Source of the DNA: the human T2T-CHM13v2.0 reference genome, Homo sapiens
Direction: 5' to 3' (one strand)
NCBI RefSeq assembly: GCF_009914755.1
Contig: NC_060945.1
Length of the DNA stretch: 64,000 nucleotides
The first letter of the stretch is position 1; every line of letters begins with the position of its first letter. The notes under the pieces are model-generated. The model was not told the DNA's origin, did not search any database, and saw only the letters and a list, made by a program, of their open reading frames with translations. Positions 15,205 to 30,870 of this stretch are shown here, piece after piece. The position numbers were made by a program, and so were the translations under genes.

Positions 15205-15675
15205 TGTATTAGTCAGGCTTCTCCAGAGAAACAGAACAAATAGAATGTGTATATATTTATAGAAAGAGATTTATTATATGAAATTGGCTCATGAGATTAT
15301 GGAAGCTGACAAGTCAAAAATCTGCAGGGTAGGCTGGCAGTCTGGAAACCCAGGAGAAGCAATGCTTTAGTTATAGTTCTAGTTCAAAGGCAGTCTGCAG
15401 GAGAACCAGGAGGTGCCAACATTGCAGATGAAGTCCAAAGGCCATCTGCTGGAGAATCCTCTCTTGCTCAGGTGAGGCCAGTCTTACTGCTTTCTATTCA
15501 GACCTTCAACTATTTGGAGGATACCCACCCACATAATGGAGGGCAATCTACTCAAAGTCTATGGATCTAAATGTTAATCTTATCCAAAACCAACCTCACA
15601 CCCAGAATGGTGTTTGACCAAATATCTGGGCGCCCCATGGCCCAGTCATGTCAACACGTAAAATTAACTCTTACA
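15205..15675 (-). mobile_element. MLT2 (C/D-like) ERVL solo LTR
   Basis: tgtattagtcaggcttctccagagaaacagaa...aaaattaactcttaca; TSD cctgt/cctgc. Confidence 0.9.
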
Positions 15676-16200
15676 CCTGCTATTCCAAGTATGGTTTGAG
15701 GACCAGCATTGGCCTCACCTGGGAGCTTGCTAGAAATGCAGAATCTTGGGCCCACTTTTGCCAAGATGCCTGCATTGGAATAAGATGCGAATCTTTTCAA
15801 TTTATTGAGCCAGAGCTTCATATCAGTAAAAATAAGAACTTTGGATTACATAAGAGATTCTCTGATTAATGTCCCTGCATGATCAGGGATCTTAAAAAAA
15901 AAACAATTACATAAAACTGCCTAGGCTCACCCCAGACCAATTAAAACCGAATCCCTAGAATAGGGCTCAGGCATCTCTTATAGTGTTTTGTTTTGTATTT
16001 TTTTTTTAAATCTATGCTGGTGAATCTGTTATCCACTGAAGGTGAGAATCTTCAGAGTTGTGCTTCTCAAACTACAATATGCATGCACATCACTTGGAGA
16101 TCTTGTGAAAAATGCAGATTCTGGCTCATGAGACCTGGGAAGGCTGGAGATTGCATTTCCATCACTTCCTGTTTCAGGACCACTGTTGGACTTGGGAGAT
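15676..16200. mobile_element. MER5 (hAT-Charlie) fragments
   Basis: cacctgggagcttgctagaaatgcagaatc and catcacttggagatcttgtgaaaaatgcagattc. Confidence 0.75.
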
Positions 16201-16829
16201 GCTAGACTGGATGACAGGTGAGATCCTTTGCAGTTCTGAACTGCTCTGATCCCTGAAACCAGGAGAGCTTCACAGGTTTGCCAAGGTGGGTTCCACCCAG
16301 GGACACACCTCTTAGTATCTAACCAGGAAATAAGGCCTCCCTCTCTGTGGTTTCCAGCATCTTCTGAACTCCTCAAGTCAAAGAAATCAGATGCCTTCCT
16401 GCTGCTGCTACCCACATGGAAACTAATACATTGCTCCTATTGAAAGCTTGGCTCTGTGCCCTGTGGCCAGAGTATAAGGCTCTAGAAGATATTAACTGTG
16501 TCCTCTGTGGGGATGGGCAGATTAAGAATGGTGATTTGGCATCAGAGTAACCTCATGTGGTGACTGAAAAACGTAAACTAATTGCAGACCAAATTTAAGA
16601 TGGTCGTACCTGAAGCCTAAGCCGAGGCCTGAGCGGCACCCTCAAGAGTCCCCTCTTGTCTCCTCAGCTGGAATAACTTTTTCTCAACTGGTGGCTATCT
16701 TGGACGTTAGTTTAAAGCTCTGTTGTAATGTATGTCACCCTGACTGGAGTTCTAGGTATTTTGTTTCTTTTCTAGATTGAGATCTTTGGGGCAACCACTA
16801 TGACTCTCTGCTTTCCTTCCAGTCCCTTC

Positions 16830-17750
<921 letters not shown>

Positions 17751-19129
17751 AATTGGATTAATCTTGAATTTTCCACTGCACTTAGCTCAGTTCATTCATT
17801 TAACAAAGGATGTTTTTCCTCTAACCAAAATATGGGTAGCAATTTTGGGTGTCCTCTGGAAAAACTTATTCATGGAGAAACTTACAAAAACAAGATACAT
17901 TTGACAGAAATAGCATGGGACTCAATCGGACTCTAGTTTGCATTGGTAAGGGTAAATGTGGGGCCCTGGGCTGTGAAATGTTTGCCAATCAGATTTGAGG
18001 AACTCATAAAAAGTTCAGAATCAGCTTTTGCTTCTGCCCCCTGCTCTACATTCCTCTTGGGTGCCCAGTGGTAAACTGGCAAGAAGCAGCAGCTGAGGGC
18101 ATGGGCAGGATGTTCTGGTCCTGGATCTCTGCCTTGCCCCCACATCCTAACACCACTGGGAAGACAGAAGCTCTCAGCACCTGGCCCAGGTTTCCACTAA
18201 ACCCTGGCAAAGTAACGCAGATGTGGGATGCCAGGGCCACCACACAGGGAGGCAAAGAGACCTTCATTGGAGGAGGCTGCTGCTGCTAGGGGTGTAGAGG
18301 TGAGCCAGGGGCCAGCAGCAGATTGTGCCAGGGGCAGCTGGGAATGGGCTGTGCCTCCACCGAGCCTCAAGCCATCCTCTGATCTCGCTAGTCAGACTTG
18401 ACCACTCTTCCAGATGTGCATGATTCAACCCAACACAGCTGGCAAGGTGGAGGGGCAATATGATGTTTCACTCGTACTAATGTTGTAGCTTCACAGCCTC
18501 TTGGGGTGGTCCATAGGCCCCTCCAAGGTGGCCTTGGGTGGGTGGAAGGAGGGGCAGAGGTTGGCATCCAAATTGCTCCAGACTGAGTCTACTTTCAAGA
18601 TCTATTTTGCACTGGAGATGTAAATTTCCACTTAAAAATGCAAAGTGAGCATTAACACAGAGGCGTGGCTAAAGTTATTTGCTCTGAAAAAGATGCGCAG
18701 ATATTTTTGTGTCTGGTGGGAAAGGAGAGAGTGTCAAAGGATGGACAAAGGCCACCTCTGTGTGAAGGTGGCTTTTGTGATTTTGGCTTAACCAAAAGGT
18801 CCTGGAGATGGAGTGACTTGGATTCTGATTATGGGGGTGTCTGCTGTGTCCCATTCTTCTCATTCAGTTGAATTTAATTCATCAAGGAGGAATCGTGTGC
18901 CTGCTCTGTGCCAGGCACTGTCAGGTGCCGGGAATGCAGCAATGAACAAAATGTAGATCAATTCCTGCCCTCTTGGGCCTTACTACCTGGCAGAAGATAT
19001 AAAAAAGGGCCACTTCCACAGCATTGTGATGACAGTGGGATGTGACCATCCCTTTCCTAGCTAGAACTGGGGATTTGGAGTCCGAAGGCCCAGTTGACGT
19101 TTCTGGCCCTTCAACTTCCAGCTGTTTGA

Positions 19130-19597
<468 letters not shown>

Positions 19598-19819
19598 TAA
19601 GCTTTAGTTTTTTTCAGTTCTCATATGAGGAAATGACATCTGCCATGTCCACTTTGTGAGTTTTTAAAAATGAGAATACAGTGAGATAATCTACCTGAAA
19701 GCTTTTTGTGAGCTCCTAAGGAGACTTTTGAACTGTTATTGGTACTATGATCTCTCACTATCCTCTATAATGTCATGATGCTACTTGTTATCAAAAGCTG
19801 ACAAAAGCTATAAACGTGC

Positions 19820-20390
19820 ACTCTTTGTCATAGTAGCCACTAGCCACATGCAGCCGAAATGGGGCTAACTGGAATTGAGATGTGCTGTGAGGGTAAAATA
19901 CACACTAAACTGTGAATTTAGTAAAAAAAAAAAAAAAAAAAAAGTAAATCTCTTATATTGAATATATTTTTGATCTTTTGGGTTAAATTGAATATATTAT
20001 TTAAAGTAATTTTTTTTTTTGGAGACTAGGTCTTACTCTGTGGCCTAGGCTGAAGTGCAGTGGCGTGATCCTGGCTCACTGCAACCTCAACCTCCTGAGC
20101 TGAAGTGATCCTCCCACCTAAGCCTCCTAGGTAGCTGGGACCACAGGTGTGTGCAACCGAACCCGGCTAAGTTTATTTTTTGTGTGTATTTTTTTGGAGA
20201 GATGGAGTTTCGCCATGTTGCCCAGGCTGGTCTTGAATTTCTGGGCTCAAGCGATCCTCCCACCTCGGCCTCCCAGAATGTTGGGATTACAGCAGGCCTA
20301 GCCTAATTTTGTTAATTTTTAAATGTGGCTACCAGAGAACTTTAAATGAACTATGTGGCTCACATTATGTATTGACTGAACAATGCATCT
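19820..20390 (+). mobile_element. MER33-like DNA transposon interrupted by a J-type Alu (~20010-20300, minus)
   Basis: gtagccactagccacatg...aattgagatgtgctgt...ttttaaatgtggctac. Confidence 0.8.
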
Positions 20391-21220
20391 GTAGAGGCTG
20401 TCTTTGGAAGTTTACTATATAACCAAGACCCACGAACACTCATGCAGTTCCCAGGGGTATCATGGACTGCTTAAAGTCCCATCTGTGAAACCCTAACATG
20501 ATGATTTTAAAGGTTACTTTTCATTTACATTCAAAATGTACATAAAGAATGTCCCTGTGAGATTAGATCACTTAAGGGAGAACCATGTCTGTGTTTCACT
20601 ACGCAGAAAATGGTTTCATCGTCTTTGTCCTGAAAGCCACTGCCTGGAAGGGCTGTGCAGCGCTCAGAGTGGGAGAGGCAGACCTCTGAGACAAATGACT
20701 TCAGCATCACTACAGCTGTGGCTAGAATGAGAACAGCCTCAAATTTCACTAATGAAGAGATTTTCTGAGTTCCATGTGAGCAACGCCGCTTCCTTCCCAT
20801 CCCCGAGTGATTCCCCTTGTCAAAGAAAAAAGACACAACCAAAAGGGAGAGCTGCCATCCTTTCAGGTCCCTTCTTGTTCTTCGTCTCACTGAATTCACC
20901 CCTAAATGCTTTGAAGTATTCTCCATGACTGTTTCATCAACTGAGGAAAGGAGGCCCAGAATGGCTTAGAAACTTGCTAACTGGTTTAGAAGAAGAACTG
21001 AGATTCAAATGCTTTGCAGTGTAGGTCTGCTTCTGCCACAAAATGGCAGCCAGGGGAGGAAGGAGAAAGTGAGGAAAGGGGGAAAATTAACACTCGGGCT
21101 TTGTCAGATCTCAGGAGAGGCGGACGCTGGCTAAGCCCCATCGCCTTATCTTTATTTTGTGAGAAGCAAACTGTGGGGTTTGGTTGCAAGAGAAGATCTT
21201 ACTAGGGACCAGTTGCAGGG

Positions 21221-22004
21221 TGTATTAATCAGGGGTTTCCAGAGAAACAGAACTAATAGGATCTATCTGCCTGTCATCTCTCTCTCTCTCTCCTATCTAT
21301 CTATCTATCATCTATCTATCTATCTATCTATCTATCATATAATCTATCATCTATCTATCTATTCATCATCTATTTATCAACTATCATCTCTCATCTATCA
21401 ACTATTTGTTTGCCATCTATTATCTATCTATCATCTATTTATCTATTAATCATCTATTTATTAACTATCAATCTATCATCTGTCATCCGTCAACTATTTA
21501 TCTGTCTATCCATTCTCTATCTATCTGTCTCTCTGTCTGTCAATCAGTCAGTCAATCCATCGCCAGAATTGGCTCACATGATTATGGAGGCTGAGAAGTC
21601 CCACAATCTGATCTACCATCTGAAAGCTGGAGACCCAGGAAAGCTGGTGGTGTAATTCAGTCCTGGGAATGGAGGTGGTGGGAGGATACTGGCGTCAGTT
21701 CCAGACTCTAAAGGCTCGAGAACCAGGAGCTCCAAAGTTCAAGGGCAGGAAAAAATGAATGTCCCAGTTGAAGATGAGAAAACAAATTCACCCTTCCTCT
21801 GCCATTGTGTTCTATTCAGGCCCTCAATGGATGGGATGAGGCCTACACACACTGCTGAGGGCTCTCTTCTTTGCTCAGCCGACCAATTCAAACGCTCATC
21901 TTTTCCAGAAACACCCTCATAGACACACCCAGGAATAATCTTTTACCAGCTATCTGGGCATCCCTTAGCCCAGTCAAGTTGACACATTAAAATTAACCAT
22001 CCTA
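21221..22004 (-). mobile_element. MLT2B-like solo LTR containing a degenerate (TCTA)n tract
   Basis: MLT2 termini with TSD caggg (21216-21220 and 22005-22009). Confidence 0.9.
21293..21555. repeat. Degenerate (TCTA)n microsatellite
   Basis: Direct reading. Confidence 0.93.
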
Positions 22005-22379
22005 CAGGGATTTCCTACCGTTTTGGGGAAGCCATCTTTTCATGGCTTCCTTCCAGAGGAAAATTCCTGCTATATGCTTGACAGAAAGAACAAAACCCCA
22101 AACATACAAAAAGACCAGTCTGTGGAATGTAGACAATTTGGGTCAGATGTGGTTCCCTGCCTAGAGGAGCCAGTGAGATGAGCCATTTCCATCCACCAAA
22201 GATGGGCTTGAAATGTGGTCTACCTTTCAACATGGTGCCACTGAGGGCTTCTGAGCTGGCTGTGATCATCTGACAAAACGCTGTGTTGGCCAACTCATAG
22301 AAGAGTTTGCTAGCTGGCCTGGCCCCAAGCAGAAGCAGCAGGTCACTGCCCAAATTCTCCAAGTGGGATGACCAGCGGC

Positions 22380-22422
22380 TATATAAAGGGCAAACAAACA
22401 AGAAAGCCTTTCTTTCTGAGAA
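22380..22422 (+). promoter_or_regulatory. Candidate TATA box with FOX and STAT (GAS) motifs
   Basis: TATATAAA 22380-22387, GCAAACAAACA, TTCTGAGAA 22414-22422; motif match only. Confidence 0.25.
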
Positions 22423-23149
22423 TGTTTCCACTGCAGTTAGGTTAGAAAATGATCCAGGGAAGATATAAACTAGCCCTTTCATTTAGCAAAATAAAATGCC
22501 TATCCGCTTGGTAATCTGTGCAGTGGAAGTCAGAGCCAGAGTCTTGTTTTTAAAGATTTTGTTTAATTCACCACCCCCATACCTCCCCTCCCACTGCCTA
22601 GCATCAGGCTGGACAAGAAGAAAAGGGACACTGGCCTGCAGATGCTGCCACGTGACATGTCCTTATAGAATAGCTTCTGTGACATTTGTATTAAGTAACC
22701 ACAGGAAAAAAGGTGAGGTGTTGATGACAGAAGGCATCTGTATTTTCTGGGGTTGGGTTCCAGTTTTAATGAATATGGATAATGCACAAAACATCTCATT
22801 TTTCGGAGCTGTGTTTTTTCATTAAACACTGCCACTCTGCATGGGAAAGGAACTGGACATTCCTGACACATTATTTGGCAGGTCTCAATCGCAAGTGCTC
22901 CAATATTGGCTTTCGGAAACCCATTCCAGATTTGGCCCAGATTGTCAAATCTTGTCCAGAGCACCAAGTCAAAAGGTGCCTCTAAGCCCTGGGCAGAGTG
23001 CCAGGCTCTGAAAAACACTGGCTGGATCTCCTCAGGGACCCTGGCTGAGACAGGCGAGTGATTTGTTCTTCAAATGACCTTTCCCTCCTTGGAAAAGAGC
23101 ACCCGGAATAAAAGTGCAAGATGTGCTTCAGATGTCCCCCAAGAGTTTA

Positions 23150-23600
<451 letters not shown>

Positions 23601-23759
23601 ACATTTTTTCCCTGTGGTAGGATGTCTGCCCTCAAGCAGTGAACCCAACTACTGTAGAACTGGTGGCACCTGTCCAATTAAAAATGACATTTGCTTTAAG
23701 GTAAAAATATATTATATATTAGGGTTGGGGCTCTGTCTTCTCCTGAGTAGTGTGTCATC

Positions 23760-23930
23760 CAGCATTTTTCAAAGCATGGTCTGGAGACCCTCCTACATCA
23801 GAATCAGGGGACGTGTTTCAATTACAAATTTCTGACCAAACCACCTACCAAATACGTGGGAACTAGAGCTAAGAATTTTCACTGTACCAAGCTCCAGGAA
23901 ATCCTGATATACCCCAAAGTTTGTGAGCCA
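23760..23930. mobile_element. MER5-like fragment
   Basis: cagcatttttcaaagcatggtctggagacc...caaagtttgtgagccattgg. Confidence 0.6.
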
Positions 23931-23962
23931 TTGGATGTAAAAAACCACATACATATATATAA

Positions 23963-24353
<391 letters not shown>

Positions 24354-25575
24354 TAATTGTGTGTCTGTGGTAGTGAAACTTTGAACCACAAAAGACAGGG
24401 ACTACTTTAAGCCTTCGCTTTTGCAGATTGATACGTGTATCTCGTCCTTTTGCAGTTACTTGTCATTATCTGCCCAAGAATAGTATTTCTAAGAAGTTGT
24501 TTCTGTGTATCTTCTGGGGAAGAATTTGTCCTTCAGTTACATGTGATTGCAACATGTTGATAAAAGCAAAAGAAAAGCAATAAAATCATTTGGTTGAATA
24601 TCTCATTTCTTTGAAGCCAAACAGTTTTTGAGTGATAAGAAAGCAATTCAGTGGAACTTACTGTTCAGCATCTTACAGAACAGGATTCATATGTACTTGT
24701 GTATTCACATGCGAATTCATGCACACATTATCACCTAAGAGAGTCTGAGTGTCCTGGTCCTCAAAGTATGTGGTTTTCAGAATTTACACTGTATACAAAT
24801 CTAGAACGACATTTGCTGCCTAAAGGACAATGACGTTAGATCTACACAGCAAGAGTTGAATAGAGCTTTGTTCATCTTCTCACAAATTTGGGTGGATCTA
24901 AATTGCTTATTTTAGGACAATTTAAACTTCCTAGTTTAAAACTTTATGGTTATCTGGTTAACTTAGGTGAAGTCTATTACATTAGACAGCAATGAAAGCA
25001 AATGAGCCACCCGCCAAGTAACAAATGGACCTTTAACCAAATATTCCTAAATATTCCAAATATTCCTAAATCACTACAAAACGCTTCTCTAAAATCCCCA
25101 AAACTGTTCCATCCAGGGACAATATAAAGTCAACAGGACCCTATGAAGATGCCAGTGCTAAACCAAAGTCAGAACATGTTTCTTCTTATGAACAATGGAA
25201 TCTTTTATCCATAACGGGGTCTCTTTTTAGTTTGCCTGGTAAATCTAGAAATACCAGGGTGACCCCCACTGAGACATCATAGTACCCAAAGGAAAATGTT
25301 GCTTCCTTCATTCTGTGACCATAGAGAGTTTAAAAGTGTGTAGCCAAAACTTTTGTTAGTTTTAGAGGAGATGCATCTAATGATTTTGCTGTGGTTGTTA
25401 GGCCAGAAGTTCATTTAGAGTTCATCTATGCCTCTAGATCATTCTCCCAGGTCCTCTTACAACTTCCTGGCTCAATCATAGTGGTAAGGTCCACCTTGTT
25501 CAACTCCCATGTTCCTAAGCAACATTAACTACTATGACGTGAAATCAGGAAGACAATTGCAAAGTGCTTTCAAAA

Positions 25576-25609
25576 TGTGTGTGTGTGTGTGTGTGTTTGT
25601 GTGTGTGTG
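25576..25609. repeat. (TG)n microsatellite
   Basis: Direct reading, one interruption. Confidence 0.95.
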
Positions 25610-25649
25610 TAGGAGAATGAAAAAAAATCAGGTCTTAAGACATTGCAGA

Positions 25650-25953
25650 GGCCAGGCACGGTGGCTCACACCTGTAATCCCAGCACTTTGGGAGGCCGAG
25701 ATGGGCAGATCACCTGAGGTCAGGAGTTCAAGACCAGCCTGGCCAACATGGTGAAACCCCATCTCTAGAAAAATACAAAAATTAGCCAGGCGTGATGATG
25801 GGTACCTGTAATCCCAACCTGCTTGGGAAGCTGAGGTGGGAGAATCGCTTGAACCCGGGCGGTGGAGGTTGCAGTGAGCCAAGATTGTGACATTGCACTC
25901 CAGCCTGGGAGACAGAGCAAGACTCCGTCTCAAAAAAAAAAAAAAAAAAAAAA
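25650..25953 (+). mobile_element. Alu (S-type)
   Basis: Full sense Alu with long A tail. Confidence 0.95.
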
Positions 25954-26055
25954 AGACAGCAGAGTTTAACAAGGAAATTGAAATCTACTCTAAGTATTTT
26001 AAAAGAGGGTATTAGAAAACACTCTGCTATGTCTCAGGTGAAACAGAGAGTATTT

Positions 26056-26359
26056 AATTTAATTTAATGTATTTACTTAGAGATAGGGTCTTGTTCTGTC
26101 CTCCAGGTTGGAATGCAGTGGCATAATCACAGCTCACTGCAGCCTTAAAGTCTTGGGTTCAGGTGCTCCTCCTGCCTCAGCATCCTGAGTAGCTGGGATT
26201 ACAGGCAGGCACCACCACACATGGCTAATTTTTATTTTATTTTTTAAGGAGGATATCGCTATGTTGCCCAGCCTGGTCTTGAACTCCTGGGCTCAAGTGA
26301 TCCTTCCATCTCGGCCTCCCAAAGTGTTGAGGTTGCAGGCATGAACCACCGCTTTGGCC
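26056..26359 (-). mobile_element. Alu (J-type)
   Basis: Diverged antisense Alu. Confidence 0.92.
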
Positions 26360-26374
26360 AACAGACGGTATTTA

Positions 26375-27072
26375 TGTAACTGCCCAAGGGGTTCTCCTTG
26401 CCAGCTGCCTAGACAGAGCCTATTTATCAAGACAGGGGAATTGCAATAGAGAAAGAGTGATTCACGCAGAGTCAGCTATGCGGGAGACCAGAGTTTTATT
26501 ATTACTCAAATCAGTCTCTCCAAGCATTCGTGGAGCAGAGCTTTTAAGGACATCTTGGTGAGTGGGGGCGTGGGAGGCTAGTGAACCAGGAGTGCTGATT
26601 GGTCACAGATGAAATCATAGGGAGTCAAAGCTATCTTTTTGCACTGAGTCAGTAACCTGGGCAGGGGCCACAGGATCAGATGAGCCAGTTTATCAGTCTG
26701 GATGGTGCCGGCTGATCCATCAAGTGCAGAGTCTGCAAAATATCTGAAGCACTGATTTTAGGAGCGGTTTAGGGAGGGTCAGAATCTTGTAACCTCCAGC
26801 TGCATGACTCCTAAATAATTTTTTCTAATCTTGTGGCTAATGTTAGTCCTACAAAGGCAGTCTAGTCCCCAGGCAAGGAGGAGGTCTGCTTTGAGAAAGG
26901 GCTGTTATCATCTTTGTTTTAAACTATAAACTATAAACTGAGTTTCTCCCAAAGTTCATTCAGCCTACACCCAGGAATGAACAAGGACAGCTTGAAGGTT
27001 AGAAGCAAGATGGAGTTGATTGAGTTAGATCTCTTTCACTGTCTCAGTCATAATTTTGCAAAGGCGGTTTCA
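26375..27072 (-). mobile_element. LTR8 (ERV1) solo LTR
   Basis: Minus strand begins tgaaaccgcctttgcaaaattatgactgagacagtgaaagag and ends gggcagttaca; 4-bp TSD ttta/tttg. Confidence 0.9.
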
Positions 27073-27460
27073 TTTGCTACAAAGAATTGGTTCAGTGGGT
27101 GATAAAAGTTCTGAGAGGCCAAACAAAGGGCAGTGGAGGAACCCAGAAGTTGGTAACAGCAGGAAGCCACTATGTTTCTAGGCTTGCGAGTCAAAAGGAG
27201 GGGAGGTTGCCAGAGCCAGGAGCTGGGTTACTCAGCACCCACGGTGGGCATGTCTGGGAAGAACTGGAGTCACATGGGATCTGCAGGAGTGGCTGAGATA
27301 CCTGGTGAGGTAGAGAGAGAAGGGGAGAGATCCTCTGGCTTCTCCTTTCTTCCCACTCTTAATCTCCTGACAATGCCCCGCTTAGCCAAACTCACCTGGA
27401 AGCCAGGAAAACACCATCTGCATGGGTCAGCCCCACTGACCAGCACAGGGGAAGAAGCAC
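27073..27460. mobile_element. LTR33-like old ERVL LTR fragment
   Basis: gaattggttc...ctgagaggccaaaca...acccagaag...aacagcaggaagccacta resembles recalled LTR33. Confidence 0.55.
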
Positions 27461-27563
27461 TGGATCTGACTGGCTCAGTGGTCCATAAGGAATACGGCAG
27501 GACCGACTCCTGGCTGACAAAGGTGGGAGTCATTGAACTAGTGGAATTCTGGCCATCACCTCA

Positions 27564-27840
<277 letters not shown>

Positions 27841-28961
27841 GAAAGTTAAGAAAACCACAGATAAGTCACGGGCAGACCTTTATCAGAAACCACCGTGCTT
27901 GACTACCTGGGGCAGTGCTGTGGTTCTGCTGGGGGTTAGAAATGCAACTGGAAGGCCTTTGACGGCCACTAAGAGGGCCACACCTTTCGTTAATTCTCCT
28001 CTAGGATGTTCTTGGGAAACTGAGTTGAAGACTCTTCATGAACTCATATTGGTTCTTCTCAAGGAAGAGCCTCTGCCTATGGAGAGTTGTACTAACTTAT
28101 ACTCTTTAGAGGATATAATGACCTAATATAGGCAAGAAAATATAGTACTTATTATTAGAATAACAATCCATCTATAAAATGCATCTGTTATGGAAACACA
28201 GCTCATGGTGAGAACCGTAAATAGCTTTGTTTTCCATTTTCTATACTGCCTCCCCAACCAATACAGACAGTAATCAATCTGGAATGTCACTTACTTAATG
28301 GTATGATCTGGCCTTTAAAAAAAATAAAAATATAAAAATATAAAATAAAAAATAAAAATTTAATTTCAAAGCAATTTTCGATTTACAGAAGAATTGCAAG
28401 CATAGTAGAGAGAGTTCCCATAGGCCTCACATCCACTGTTTCCTGTTATTAACATCTTATGTAAGTAGAGTCCATTTGTCACAATTAATGAGCCAGGTAC
28501 ATTATCATTAACTAAATTCCACACTTGATTCGTATTTTCTTCAGGTTTTCCTAATGTCGTTTATGTACTGTTTTCTGTTTTAGGATCCCACTGGGGACAC
28601 CACATTACCTTTAATCATGCCTCTTTAGGCTCCTTTTGGTTGTGACAGTTTCTCAGACTTTCTTGGTCTTTGGTGACCTTGACAGTTCCAAGGAACACTG
28701 TCACCTATTTGTTAGAATGCAGAGATGAGATTTGTTTGATGTTTTTCTGTTGATTAGACTGGGGTTATGGAGTTATGGGAAGACCAGAGAGGTGAAGTGT
28801 CATTTTCAGTAAATCATGTCAAGGAATGGGGATTAGAAATGCAACTGGAAGGCCTTTGACAGCCACTAAGAAGGCCACACCACATAACACCTACACGATT
28901 CATCACTGTTGATGTTGACCTTGATGACCTGGCTGAGGTAGTGCCCGTCAGACTTATCTAG

Positions 28962-29618
<657 letters not shown>

Positions 29619-30077
29619 GGAAGGAAGTCATTTTGAGTGATGCTCTACTTTTTTGAGGAGCAAATATCTACATGATTTATTTGGAATTCCTCTGCACTAG
29701 AGATTGGTCTATTCTTCCCGATTTATTATTTAAATATTTGGTCATTTATTTATATTAGTATTGGACTCATGAATACTTATTTTCTATTTGGGGTTATCAT
29801 TCAATAGTACTTTATTTATTTGTTTTTGCTCAAATGGTTCCTGCTTTGGTCAGTAGGAGTTCTTTCAGTTGGCTCCTTTGTTCATTTGACACACTCCCCA
29901 TCATTGTGGTTTTTTGGTATGCTTAGTTGTTTAGCATGTCATTACTTTGGCACTACAAAATGCCCCAGTCTTAGAATCAGCCATTTCTCCAGGGAGCCCT
30001 GGATAAGCCATTGCTAAAGAATCATTTTAGAAACCAAGATCTAGGTGCTAAATGTGTCCAACCTGGCCCCCCCCCGC

Positions 30078-30372
30078 TTTTTTTTTTTTGAGACAAGATT
30101 TCGCTCTGTTGCCCAAGCTGGAGTGTGGTGGTGCTATCTCGCCTCACCACAACCTCCGCCTCCTGGGCTCAAGCCATTCTTCCACTTCAGCCTCCTGAGT
30201 AGCTGGGACCACAAGTGTGTACCACTACACCTGGCTAATTTTTGTATTTTTTTTGTAGAGACAGGGTTTCTCCATGTTGCCCAGGCTGGTCTTGAACTCC
30301 TGAGCTTAAGCCATCCTCCCATCTCAGCTTCCTGAAGTTCTGGTATTACAGGTGTGAGCCACCATGCGTGGC
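30078..30372 (-). mobile_element. Alu (J-type)
   Basis: Diverged dimeric Alu. Confidence 0.92.
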
Positions 30373-30659
30373 GGCAGCCTGGCCACTTTTAATCTATCCA
30401 TTCATTTACTAAATATACACATTTTCTGAGTCCCGATTTTGGGCAAGACTCTGGGGCAGGCAAGAAAAATGAGGTGCAACTAACTCTATTACTCCATGGT
30501 CCAAGAAGAGGGCTGCCTGCAAGCTATGAATAGAGCTTACAGAGTGTTTAAAGGTGGAAAGAGACTTTGCTCCTGATTCTAGACTTTATCTCCTATCCTC
30601 AAGGTCCATGTCTTGGTAGCTCTGCTCAGATCTACCCTTCCAGAGTCTGTAATATAAGG

Positions 30660-30870
30660 CTGACCCGAGTTTGAATCCTAGCTCTGCCACTTAGTAGCCA
30701 TGTGATGGAACAAGTGTCTTAACTGCACTGAACCTCAGTTTCCTCATCCTTAAATGGGGGGCAGTGATGCTAAAAGGAAGCCCCTCCAGAAGCCCTGGTG
30801 AAGATGAAAGGGAGGACTTGTGGAATGTCCAGCCCAGTGTCTGCAGAGCCAGGCACAGCAAATGCTGGTG
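30660..30870. mobile_element. MIR
   Basis: gagtttgaatcctagctctgccacttagtagc...gaacctcagtttcctcatc. Confidence 0.85.

Noticed and set aside
21159-21655. IYLS-repeat ORFs (also 44561-44849)
   Set aside because: Translations of (TCTA)n microsatellites
25039-25071. aaatattcct x3 short tandem repeat
   Set aside because: Ordinary short slippage repeat
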